A stretch of 64,000 nucleotides of DNA from Tubulanus polymorphus (lineage: Eukaryota; Animalia; Nemertea): contig NC_134030.1 in the NCBI RefSeq assembly GCF_964204645.1, forward strand, positions 8,475,122 through 8,539,121, written 5' to 3'. Below the pieces are notes generated by a model. The model had not been told where the DNA came from. It worked only from the letters and a program-made list of their open reading frames with translations, and did not search any database. Position 1 is the stretch's first letter. Each line of letters begins with the position of its first letter. The position numbers and the translations under genes are program-made. This document shows, piece by piece, positions 39,094 to 50,400 of this stretch.

Positions 39094-39656
39094 AATACTC
39101 GTCTCCAATAACCTCCAACTGATTTACATGTGATTTTGGTTTGTTGCCTTAATCCCCCTAGTTCGTGGAAATCAGAATGTTTGATGATGAAAGTTTAGTT
39201 GAGACTGAAATTATTAGGAGGGGAAGGGGCATACGCTGACGCTGCTCTTGGCCATAGAAGACTGCACATGCAATACCGATTGACACTATCGATATAGTAA
39301 TATTGAATTATGAATACCGGGATGTTGACAATATTTTGAAATAATTTGGCTGAATTTCATCCATTGCCTATCAAATAGGGGAACAACTAAATCAGGAAAT
39401 AACGACATACGACAACTCTGATAACGATGCAAAAATATACCAGATTATAGATGTAAAACTCATATATGAACACAGCTGGTTATGATTGGTTACTCGCTCG
39501 TGACTATAGTGACGTTAAGCGGCAACATTTACTGAGAAAATCCGTGTGAGATTGCCCATACCCAACTACGAGAAATATTTTTCTCGTTTTGGTTTCTACA
39601 TCGCACACAAACCTGCGTTTTTTCATTCTTATCGCCATCGGTTTAGTACGTGACCG

Positions 39657-40090
39657 TACATGTTTCTGTTTTTGGATTTAAAGAAACAAAAGTGATTGAC
39701 TTGAATGCCATTGAACTTTATCTAAGAACGAAGGTATGTATATATACAGACTAGAATGAATGTGTGGACACCCAATTTTGTTAATTATTGGACATGAATT
39801 TGAAATCTACGCAACATCTTTGAGAATATATAACTCTTCGTCTGGTACAGGCACTAGTTTACGTATATCATCTATGCGTCTGGTCTAACTACTGGGAAGT
39901 AGACAACTGGAAACCTCTTTTGTGATCTTGACACATCTGGGTATAACATTTCATATTATTACTCCACCAAATATATAGAAGAAAGAGCCTACGATTTCTT
40001 TCCGGTGAAACAAGCGCTGTGTTTATAGGATAGGAGAGTTGACGAAAAGGAAGATGGACCACAAACAATCCATATTTGATCAAGTTAAGA
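39657..40090 (+). pseudogene. Duplicated, decayed ITPR-like 3' exons
   Basis: Copy of 36311-36770 with indels, an altered acceptor and a CAG->TAG stop (TGTTTATAG); no upstream exons. Confidence 0.85.
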
Positions 40091-40752
40091 GGAAAATATA
40101 GTCCCAATGCTTTGGGGGCTGCAGTACCCCTTGGTAAATTTCTCTCCGTATTATAAACTTCCAGTTTTTCACTGCTACATTTCAAAGACAAGGTACATTT
40201 TCGAATATAAGAGATGATCAAGCAGTGCCTATCAACAAACAGAATGCACGAAAAACAGACCAGTTTTTCAAATATTTCTCGGGGACGACCGGAAGAGCAC
40301 CCCTTCTTTAAAATCCTGGATCCGCCCTTGTAAACAAATTGACGGCAAAGCACCTCATTCCGTAAAACGAACAATAAAGCTTCCCATGCCATGTAAGGAG
40401 ATATTTGATATAACGTACAGTATACAAACAAACAGTGGTGATATTATTGAATATGAATATGAACTCAGCCTGCATTGGCAAGATGTGTGATGATGATGTA
40501 ACATAAATGTACATATATAAGCTTATATATTCTTTGTTTCTATAAATGCTATTAATCGTCTATTGTTTTTTTTTAGCACCAACGTAATCATCGTGGTAAG
40601 TATCCTGGTGACTTCATGCATCAATCATTTCCCCATTATATCGTATTATGTCCAAATCACCTCCAATTAAAGGTGTTATTTGCATCGCAGTCAATATCAC
40701 CATTCACTCCCACCAGCAGTTCACTGAAAGGCTTCATTTTGGGAAAGTTAGG

Positions 40753-41745
40753 ATGTCTAATGTTACGGATATCTGCTTCAACACTCCATCAGTGTACAAG
40801 AAACGTTTCCATTATCTGTACGGCATTGGGCCAATCGGAGTTGTCGGCACTTTTCTCAATATTGTCTGCGCCGTAGTTTTCTATGGTTCGATGTCCTCTT
40901 CAGCGTACCTGACGCTGTTCGTTTTGGCTGTGGCTGATATTGGTGTATCGATGTCGACGATTTTCTACCACATAGGCGTTATTGCATCAAAGTACATATA
41001 TTATGAACCGGAAATTGTATATGAAACCCAATTTGACGATGGGGCGTTTGCCATGTTCGTTTTTGCCAACAGTTCTTTACAGCTATTTTGGAGATGGCGA
41101 AATGTCGTTACACTTTTGGTATCATTCGATCGTTTTATTCACGTTTACTGGCCTCTATCAGCTCGGCGATACTGGAAAATCAAACACTGTATTGTATATT
41201 CCGTGGTCTCATTTCTAATGTTTGTCGTGTTTCACGTTGTGTATGCCTATAACACGTTCGCACGAAAGCCGGTTACAAGTCCGTGTTATGGAAAACACGT
41301 ACTGGAAAGAAAATATCGAGTATTTAGCAAATATAGAGCAAATTTGATATTCGTTGTTAATATGATCCATCTTTACCTTCCATCAGCTGGTATCGTAATT
41401 TTTACGTGCCTTTTAATTCACAAATTGATTTCCTACTCAAAATCACTAGAAAAAGAAATAGGACACGCGCACGGAAAGAAATCCATCGATGTACAAAGCA
41501 CTGTCATGATCGTTGGAGCCGCCATCTTGTTTATTTGTTGCAATTCTGTTCAAATGGTTATCGATGTTATTTATAGTTTCCCCGATATACTGGGATCTGC
41601 GAAACCAGTGGACGAAGACGGTTGGCGAGATTTCGGGACAGATTTTTATTTGACCAATGAATACTCAAATGCCATCAATTCTGCCATAAACTTCATCGTG
41701 TATGTTATGGTAAGCAGACGTTTCCGTTGCGAACTGAGAATATAA
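40753..41745 (+). CDS. Intronless orphan class A GPCR, paralog 3
   Basis: Near-identical to 38095-39093; ORF intact; an extra in-frame ATG lies at 40648. Confidence 0.9.
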   Translation: MSNVTDICFNTPSVYKKRFHYLYGIGPIGVVGTFLNIVCAVVFYGSMSSSAYLTLFVLAVADIGVSMSTIFYHIGVIASKYIYYEPEIVYETQFDDGAFAMFVFANSSLQLFWRWRNVVTLLVSFDRFIHVYWPLSARRYWKIKHCIVYSVVSFLMFVVFHVVYAYNTFARKPVTSPCYGKHVLERKYRVFSKYRANLIFVVNMIHLYLPSAGIVIFTCLLIHKLISYSKSLEKEIGHAHGKKSIDVQSTVMIVGAAILFICCNSVQMVIDVIYSFPDILGSAKPVDEDGWRDFGTDFYLTNEYSNAINSAINFIVYVMVSRRFRCELRI

Positions 41746-41769
41746 CTGTAAAATACTCGTCTCCAATAA

Positions 41770-42275
41770 GGCCACACCAAAAGAAAACCCTGTTTCTCGG
41801 GCCCGACCGACCCGATATTTCCCCATTTCAAATAATCATTTTCAGAATAAAATATAATCGCCTACCGACCCTTTTTCAAAATTTTAGGTGAAATAACTAA
41901 TTTCGAAAATATATATGTGGCCGACCGACTACCAAACTCCTTTCTCGTAAATATCTTTTTTTAACCAAATCGTGATGTCGGCACTGAGATCAACATCATA
42001 AAAACATTTTATTATATCGGATTTAAAATTTGATTCTGGAAATGGCGCAGCCATGCTCAGAAAACTTTGCTAATCGGACTTCGATGGCGACATTGGATTG
42101 TAAAATTCCAGGGATTCCGAATAAAATATAGTTTTTCTTATAGTTAATTGTACAAACACCTCAATTTCCTTTTATTATTGTGGTCTACTAGCTGTTAATC
42201 ATATTCCTGACTAAAAATTTTGTCCAGTAAAACTATTTACGGCAACCTACCCACTGATAGAAGAATAAACGATAT
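41770..42275 (-). mobile_element. Truncated PIF/Harbinger-type non-autonomous element (same family as 61064-61383)
   Basis: Begins TAA|GGCCACACCAAAAGAAAACCCTGTTTCTCG; 42090-42272 is the reverse complement of ~61160-61352; the paralogous empty site CTCCAATAA|CC is at ~39111. Confidence 0.8.
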
Positions 42276-43269
42276 TTTTGCATTTTCTGATTCAGGGAGG
42301 GGTGCACCTCCAAAATAAGGCATATCACATAATAAAATTTTGAGGGCAACTTGACATTTTCACGGGCTTCACACCGCCTGTAGCCCCCCTTGGATCGATC
42401 CCTGAAAGAAGTTATTTTTGAACTGTTAACTTCACACGCATTCATCTACAATATGACCCGTTTTGATTTCTATCGTTCTTCGTTATAACAGCTTATACTG
42501 TAAAGCCATGAGAAGCCATATCTGACAGATAAAGAATCTACCAGCTTTGAATAAAACAGCACCGTACCGTGTAAAATCTGTTAGGAGCGTCCTCGTGGAA
42601 CCTCTAATCACTGAGTAAAAACAATTTATGGCAATAATATAAATAATTTTGGTATTAGATATTGAGGGGAGGGGGGTAAATCTCGGCAAATCTCGTCATT
42701 TCGTGGGAATTAAGATGATAATTAGAATCATGAATACCGGTAAGCTGACTATCGGAATAAATTGGCTGAATTTTCGCATCGTCTATCAAAACCGGGATAA
42801 ACTATTGCAGGAAGTTACAACATTTGACAACTCTGCTCATAAACACAGCTTGTTATGATTAGTTCTGGCTTGTGACGTAAGTAATAGGTGAGAGGCGTCA
42901 ACATTTCGTCAGAAAATGCGTGTGAGGAGCGCTGAGCAGCATCATGCCGGTGGAAGTCCTTGCATTTCCGCAGCCATCGTTTAAGGTAGGTAAAGCACCG
43001 TACAAAAAGAGCACATGTTTAAAGGTTTTCCCAATATACCTTGCCTTTTCAAGCACTCGAAAATATTAAGAAATATCGATTGCATGGAACAGATTTTCTA
43101 ATCAGGGTTATGCGGGTCTTGCCGTCCATGTTGCCGCAAGGTTTTCAGCATAGTTCGTGATCTATATGTTTTATAAATTCATTGTCGATCTTTAATTAGC
43201 ATTTCAGATTTCCAATTTAACTGCTCGTGAAAAATATATACAACACCTTTTCGACAACTTATCTATAAA

Positions 43270-44184
43270 ATGCTGAATGAAACGAACAGCAAATTCAACT
43301 GGAATATAAACGTGTTCTACCCGTGTCGAGATGTTATGCTATTCGTGGTCATATTCGTCGGTAATTGCTTAGTACTAGTGTCAATTGCCAAAAACAAGCA
43401 GCTGCAGATTCAAACTAATTTCATGCTTGGTAGCTTATCGTGTGCTGACATTCTAGTCGGCTTCTGTTCACTGTTAAACTTCTTCAAATGGATGTACTTT
43501 CGAGAGAAGTTCGCGAATTCTAATATCTATATTGCGCTTATGGTACTGTATATGACTTCGATGATGTCATCCGTGTTCCATTTGTTGTCTATTTCCGTTG
43601 ATCGTTACGCGTGTGCGAAATGGCCTTTAATCTATCGCGTCAAACGGTCGGCCTTGCATTCCGTCATTCTTCTAACCGCAGCTTGGTTATTAGGAATAGC
43701 CTCGGCGTTACCGGCCATTTTCTTCAATAACCTACCGATAATGTCCTCGCTGGAATATGCGTTCAACCAAACGCATTTGATGTCGTGTGGTATCGTGGTA
43801 TTGATTTGTGAATTCTTCATCATAGTTTTCTACGCTCTTGTCTGGTGGACGAACCGAACTAATTCTCGTCGAATAATGGATGTCGCCGTCTGCACGGTGG
43901 AATATATGAGACGGTGTAAAGAACTAAAAACCACGAAATTACTGCTGATAGTATCGATAGTATTCATCGTCTGCTGGACGCCGATGCTTATAAGTGCAAT
44001 TATGATCAAATTCACCAGTCGTAAATTCGAGGATTCATTTTATCGTGCTCGCAGTATTTTCATAATGATGGCGGCAGCTAATTCGTTTATGAATCCAATC
44101 TTATATTGCCTAATAAATTCTGCATTTAGGGCGGGGTTTAGGCGTATTTTCCGGTTACGTATATGCATTAGCACTGTCGAATAA
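43270..44184 (+). CDS. Class A GPCR (adenosine/melanocortin/amine-receptor-like orphan), single coding exon
   Basis: GN.LV, LS.AD, DRY, CWTP and NPILY motifs; probable 5'UTR intron ~42986-43207. Confidence 0.9.
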   Translation: MLNETNSKFNWNINVFYPCRDVMLFVVIFVGNCLVLVSIAKNKQLQIQTNFMLGSLSCADILVGFCSLLNFFKWMYFREKFANSNIYIALMVLYMTSMMSSVFHLLSISVDRYACAKWPLIYRVKRSALHSVILLTAAWLLGIASALPAIFFNNLPIMSSLEYAFNQTHLMSCGIVVLICEFFIIVFYALVWWTNRTNSRRIMDVAVCTVEYMRRCKELKTTKLLLIVSIVFIVCWTPMLISAIMIKFTSRKFEDSFYRARSIFIMMAAANSFMNPILYCLINSAFRAGFRRIFRLRICISTVE

Positions 44185-45689
44185 TGATATATCAACGCAT
44201 ATCACAGTCTATGACGTGTTAATCTAAATTGTCCATTTCTGTAATAAATATTCACTGAAAAGAAAATATCACTTGTATCTTCTAATTTCAACATTTTTCT
44301 GAATGACTTGGAGGTGTTTTCTAGATAATCACTTTTGATAGCAATCCTAATTGATTTCTTAAGTGGAAGTCTGATTGGGGTGTTCCGCCCATGCATTGGG
44401 GGTAATACGGACACCAATGAGAGTTCATTGACATTTTGGTCGGAAGAATTTGATAGCATGTGCGTCAAATAAAACCTTTTGTAGATAACGGAAAGTGTCA
44501 TTTATTTGTTGCAACCTTATGATATCCGGTAAAATACGACGATGAATTGCCTACAGAACTCAAAGCCATTAGCCGAGGAAAAGGCCATCAATCTTAATGA
44601 GTCATGTGATACCGGAGACAATGGCTAGCCATAAAAGATATTTCTGTCTCTTGGTTAACACTACTTAATAGGTTGCGACTATGTTCTATAACATCAACTC
44701 TTTATGATCCATAAATCATAATCAAATCATATATCAGTATTTCAGAATCTGTATTCAGTTACTGCATTCTCGATTTTCTCGGGCCATAAGAACACGAGAC
44801 CAGATCGAGGTCGCATATCTTTTTTTTTCTTCTTTTTCATGGCCCGAATCAATCGCCATACTTTAGTAGCCACAATAGCACTTTGCAACGTCTTAAATTA
44901 CGGTTTTGGATTTAGATTTAGGGTCGGTGGGTGACCTCGGGTGCGGTACACGGAGAGGGGTAAAACGTAGGGGCTCAGTGTGATGTCGTGTTCGTCAACC
45001 ACAGGGGCTCGTATTTGAGCTACAGTTCATCCCAAACTTCAAATACGAGGGTCTGTCGTTGAAACTAAATTGGGAAAGGCGGGACCCGGCCTGACTATGC
45101 TTTGTTGCCGATGCCGATTTTCAGAGTTTTGTATCCAGTATGAAATTAATTGAATTTTCTTACTTGGGACGAAATTCTATGGCATTTGTTATATCTGATG
45201 AATCGTTGTATACTAGTTCGAACGAGGTTCCACTCTTATCAGTTTACTGCCCGTCGCCCAAACTCCCCCCCCCGTCGCGTGCCTAGGCAATTATTCGCTT
45301 GGAATAAAAATATTTTAATGAAAATTCGTGATACCATTCATAGATACAAAGCGAGAAGCAAGCGCGCGGAACCGCAAGCAGTTTGTCGGGCTTCTAACTA
45401 ACATTATGTACGACAATCCAAACATTGTGTACTTTCACGTCACGCGCCGCCACAGTGTTGTCATCACCGAAAGTACACGTCAAAAAACACCACAATGCTG
45501 CAAAATAGATCAACACCACAAACCGAAAGTTTCCGCTGATATTTATTTATGAGTAAGCCTGTTTGTTTCAATGTTGTCACAGGGGCACGCATTTGAATTT
45601 TGGGGGTAAACTGTAGCTTAGGATCATCCAGAACCCTGGCTTTACGCTACTATTAGTAACTTCTTACTCGTTCGTCTACATACAGGCTG

Positions 45690-45845
45690 AGGCCGTTTGG
45701 CTATGGGCTTGGACTGGTTGTTGATAATCTCGCGAGAATGGCGCTAAATATGAACTGCGAATAAATTCAAAATATCACGGAAATACCTTGTGTTTATATT
45801 GTTTGCTTATCCGCTATAAAGTTCCGATAAGAAATGTGGTCATGA
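45690..45845 (+). repeat. Solo partial TIR copy of the 45889-46665 element
   Basis: Direct repeat of ~45895-46050 (ATCTCGCGAGAATGGCGCTA...CCGCTATAAA). Confidence 0.8.
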
Positions 45846-45888
45846 ACAGCTGTGAATAAATTCTAGGCCTAATTAGTAGGGAGACACA

Positions 45889-46665
45889 CACAGGGGTTTG
45901 GCGATGGGCTTGGATTTTATTTCCGGGTTTTTGATGATCTCGCGAGAATGGCGCTACATATGAACTGCGAATAAATTCAAAATATCACGGAAATACCTTG
46001 TGTTTATATCGTTGATTTATCCGCTATAAAATTTCGACAAACAATTGGTCGTTAAGAATCATTATCAGACGGTCGACACGCTACTATATATAATAACAAG
46101 GGATGAAACGCCTTCAGAGTTGTGCCAGCCAGAAAGTTGGGACAGTCACGTGACATTCTGATGATGTCATCACATTTAAAACTTTAACATGAAAAGTTAA
46201 CATATTCACAGACCGATATCAATTGTCAGATTATGATTCATATGAAATTAATAACTAATAAAGAATAAATTATGATCAAATATATAATTCATAGAAAAAA
46301 ATGCATTTGAATGTAAGTTATTCTCAAATATTTTTCGTATCATAGTTTCCATCTTAGATGCTTCGGGTTTGCATTCAGTCAAATAAGAAGCGCGACTGTC
46401 ACGTGACTGTCCCAACTTTCTGGCTGGCACGAATTGAACTGCGTTTCATCCCTTGTGATTTTATATAGTAAAGCGTGACGACTGTCTGATGATGATCCTT
46501 AACGACAAATTGTTTATCGGAACTTTATAGCGGATAAATAAACAGTATAAACACAAGGTATTTCTATGATATTTTGAATTTATTTGCAGTTCATATTTAG
46601 CGCCATTCTCACGAGATTATCAACAACCCGGAAATAAAATCCAAGCCCATCGCCAAACCCCTGTG
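45889..46665. mobile_element. Non-autonomous DNA transposon with ~265-bp TIRs and 8-10-bp TSD (hAT- or MULE-like)
   Basis: CACAGGGGTTTGGCGATGGGCTTGG...GTCACGTGACA (45889-46154) inverted at ~46397-46665; flanked by (G)GAGACACA(C) on both sides. Confidence 0.85.
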
Positions 46666-47254
46666 GAGACACACACACACAGTTAGGGTTCTCCAAATCA
46701 TGTAGGGTGAAAACAGTTTACAAGAGAATAATAAATGATATGGAGAACTTACAACACAAAACGGAACAGGGGACTAAATAACTACATATACTTGAAGATA
46801 CAAACAGTTAGCGTTCAAGACGAGGTATTCAGATTCAGTTACTAATCTAGTATCTCGGAACAATGCCCCAGGCGCCTTAATTTGGCGCCTGGCAAATATT
46901 TTAATTTGGAATATTTTATATTCAAGCTAGTGTAAATTTAACTGTTCAATGAACTCTTTTTAACTTGGGATGTAGCCTATTTGAACTTTGCGATAACTTT
47001 TAGTATTAATTTAGTATTAATGAACTGTTTAATTTGTAGTATTTTTTATTTCAATTGTACGATGATATTCTTTTGCTAAAGCATATAGTAGAATATGAAT
47101 AAATTGGATATATTAATATGAATAAATTCACCTTAAGATTGTATCTACTTGCACACTCGAAGACAAAAGGTGGGGTATTTTTATCTACTTTGAAGAATTT
47201 GGGATTTTTACCGCATACCATCAGGAGAGACTGGGCATTTCTATTTTTCAGCTT

Positions 47255-47460
47255 GTCTTCCTACGGTGGCAGAGCGTTCTCCACATACGCTCCCAGACTG
47301 TGGAATAACCTTCTCGTGGACATATCATCTTTGTCTTGTGATTCATTCAAGCAGACACTCAAAATAGTACTATTCCGTGCTAGCTACTTATAGTTTCTTT
47401 TCTAGAGGAGCGCGTTTGAACTTTTTTACATAAATGACAATTTTTTATCATTATTATAGT
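47255..47460 (+). mobile_element. 3' remnant of an L2/CR1-group LINE
   Basis: Encodes YGGRAFSTYAPRLWNNL...SFKQTLK, typical of the L2/Crack ORF2 C-terminus, followed by an ATT-rich tail. Confidence 0.7.
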
Positions 47461-47499
47461 TTTTTATATTGTAGTTCGGGAAGGTTTACGTAAGATGGT

Positions 47500-50400
47500 A
47501 TGGCAGATTTGGGCGCATTTGGACTCGCGTTTCTCGCATTGGTGATACACGATGTAGCTCCGTTTGTAATCTCGTCGCATAATCATAGCAAGCATTTGAT
47601 ATCGGCCGGAGATCGCGAGGGCGACGAACGTTTGAGTTGGGGTGTACAAATTGTCAACCACGAACGATTCACCGACAGCGGCGCCGCCGTAGCAGCGAAG
47701 ATAGCCGAGAATTTGGATTTGAAATTTCGCGGAAAAATTGCCGATCTGCCCGGGGTGTTTCGTTTATCGCATCGGTCTCATACTGACGAAAAACAAACGG
47801 GCTTTTCAGCGGGAAGTTTACCGGATTTCGTCGAGTTACGAGATTCGATACAAGATCGGTTTCAGAGCGATGACAACGTAGAATGGTTCACGCAGTTTAT
47901 TTGGCTGAAACGAGTCGGTCGAACGTTGCCAGCTGCCGTACGCTTCAACGATCCGCAATTCAAGAATCAGTGGCATCTCGTAAGTGTCACGCTTAAGAGA
48001 CGGTTCTCATAGTTGAGAACGAACGAGAACATTTTGGTTCCGAGGAAAAAAGTGTTCTCTAAGGGAGGTGTTGATTTGTGGAGCGAATTCACTAAGAGAT
48101 GTTTTGATTTATCTTTGAAATGCTAAAGATGTTGATTAGACATTAAAATGATTTCATTGCCGGCCAATAAATTCATTAATTTGGCCTATAGAGTAAATCT
48201 TAAAAGCATAATCGTCTTTCCTTCGTTATGCACATTTGCTAGTTTGATTAATCAATGATGTGCCCTCGCTTCAATGTAGTACGTACCGATATATATGACA
48301 TGTATGTAATGTTATAGATTACTGTATACCGTTGATTGTCAAAATTGAGCCAGTTGAATACCACTTTCAAACTTTTGGTTTTGTTGGTAACAGGTAATAA
48401 TCCTCGGGGTAAATGTTCCCCTTCTAGATTTAAAAAGTTTCAAGTTCGGTGTGGTGTTGGTCACAATATTCACCTCGGATAATCTATGACTTTTATTAGC
48501 ACGCTACACACATCAAAAATGATATTATTGTAGTGTTGAAAATGGAGAAATATAGTTTAAGACTAATAATAAAATATCTACGGATATTTGTATTCATTGA
48601 TATTGTTGTAAAAAGCGTTATCCAGTTATTATCAGAATTTTACACTAGTTTGATAGAATTTGAAGGCATTTTTACCTATGGGGATATTTACCGGGTGAGA
48701 TTATTACCTACAATGCGTTTTGTTTTGTGGTTTGAGCCTATGGCGACACATTTGCATATGAATATTGCAAGTGACATGTGTTAGAAACAGCATCACAACA
48801 CTTGCCATACAAACAGAAATTTGATACGTAAGCTGAGTGTCAGCAAAACAATACATAGGTTTTCCCTGCTGTCAGCGAAAGAAAGTAACCGGTATGGTAA
48901 TTATTGTGACTGTCAAACTATGCTAGCGTGATATGGTATCTGTTTACCCGCATTGACTGTCTAAATATCACAAGCGTAATACAGGGTTTCTGTTTACACG
49001 CATTGAAGCAATATTATCGGCATCAATAGAAAATCTTACACCACGTCTACATTTAGTGAGAAAAGACTAGGAATAAGAATTAATATTTGCTGACCTTTGG
49101 CTTTATAAAAGCTATAACAGCAGCTATTGTTTGATAACAGCTCTTCGCTGAAGGCTACTTCCCCCTCGGAACGGTGTTTATATTGCTTCATTGACAAAAT
49201 TATTTGATCATAAATAGTCTAGCCGTGATTTGCTGAAGAAACTGAAACCTTATGAAAAACAACTGATTTGTCGTAAGCCAATTATAAATGCTATTTCAGT
49301 ACAATGGTAAAAATCGTAGATATGATATCAATGTGACTGGTGTATGGATGACGTACAACATTACAGGGCGTGGAGTCACTGTCTGTATTGTGGACGATGG
49401 TAAGGTCCTTTATTTATAGCTTGCCCTATCAGGTTTTAGATCAGTCCGCAAAAAATGTTTTTGTTTTTCTCCGCTCGAATAAAAGATCATAAGGAGAATA
49501 GATATCTATGGCTGACATTTTCGTTTAGAATTTCAATCAACTTAATGATTGTCCGATTGATTTACTATGACAAGGACAGTTCTCTGCTTTTATATTCTTA
49601 CATTTGATCTCAAATTCTCTGCGCAATTTCATTTTCAATCTTATTTTGAGTCACTTTATTCATACAAAGTGGTCGGTGGTAGAGGGTGGGCTGGCCCTTT
49701 CACGGAAAATCGCAGAGTCTTGCAGACTGGTCATGTGCGGGTAGTACAATACAGCACGCTTCAAACTGTTGACAGGCTACTTCATGACTGGACATCAACT
49801 GACTGTCTATGTTTTTGGGGATTTTTTAGGTGTAGAATGGAGGAACCCGGATCTGGTGTCAAGATACGAGCCCGATGGGAGTTGGGATTTGAATGACGAT
49901 GATCCTGATCCATCACCTCACCCCGCAAAAAGTAAGTAGTAAAGTTACTGGGTAGTCGAGCTAAAATAACTTTTGCTGTAAGTGTTTTATTAGTTGATTG
50001 ATGGGTTTGTTAGTTGATTGATTTATCATTGATTGGTTTGTTAGTTGATTGATTTATCATCGATTGATTGGTTTGTTAGTTGATTGATTTATCATCGATT
50101 GGTTTCATATTTTATTGATTGGTTTGATAGTTGATTGATTTTATGATTGATGGTATTGTCAGTACATTGTCACTGATTGATGATGGCTTCATTAGGTTTG
50201 TTAAGCATTAGGGACTTATCGATTGATTGGATTAATTCATTGGAGCTATCATTGATGAATAGGTTTGTCATTCGATTGGCCGATAATCCATTTGCGTAGT
50301 ATTCAATATTTTAAAGCACATTGGTTTCCAGATCAGAATTCACACGGAACAAGGTGCGCTGGTGAAATAGTCGCTGCCCCCAATAATAACTTCTGCGGTG

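Larger units (their letters stand above)
36311..39550 (+). repeat. Tandem segmental duplication, copy A (ITPR 3' end + GPCR + downstream intergenic DNA)
   Basis: Collinear blocks 36311-36770, 37610-37740, 37910-39110 and 39300-39550 match 39657-40090, 40330-40445, 40555-41769 and 42720-42926. Confidence 0.9.
39657..42926 (+). repeat. Tandem segmental duplication, copy B
   Basis: See copy A; carries internal deletions and later MITE insertions. Confidence 0.85.

Noticed and set aside
39889-40431. 180-aa minus-strand ORF
   Set aside because: It crosses decayed ITPR duplicate sequence and a MITE fragment, has no recognisable motif, and is likely chance.
46138-46510. CTGATGA motifs as additional hammerheads
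   Set aside because: No stem II or GAAA-N-UH partner at the right spacing.
49990-50140. CRISPR-like array
   Set aside because: Degenerate tandem units without unique spacers, inside a eukaryotic intron, with no cas genes.
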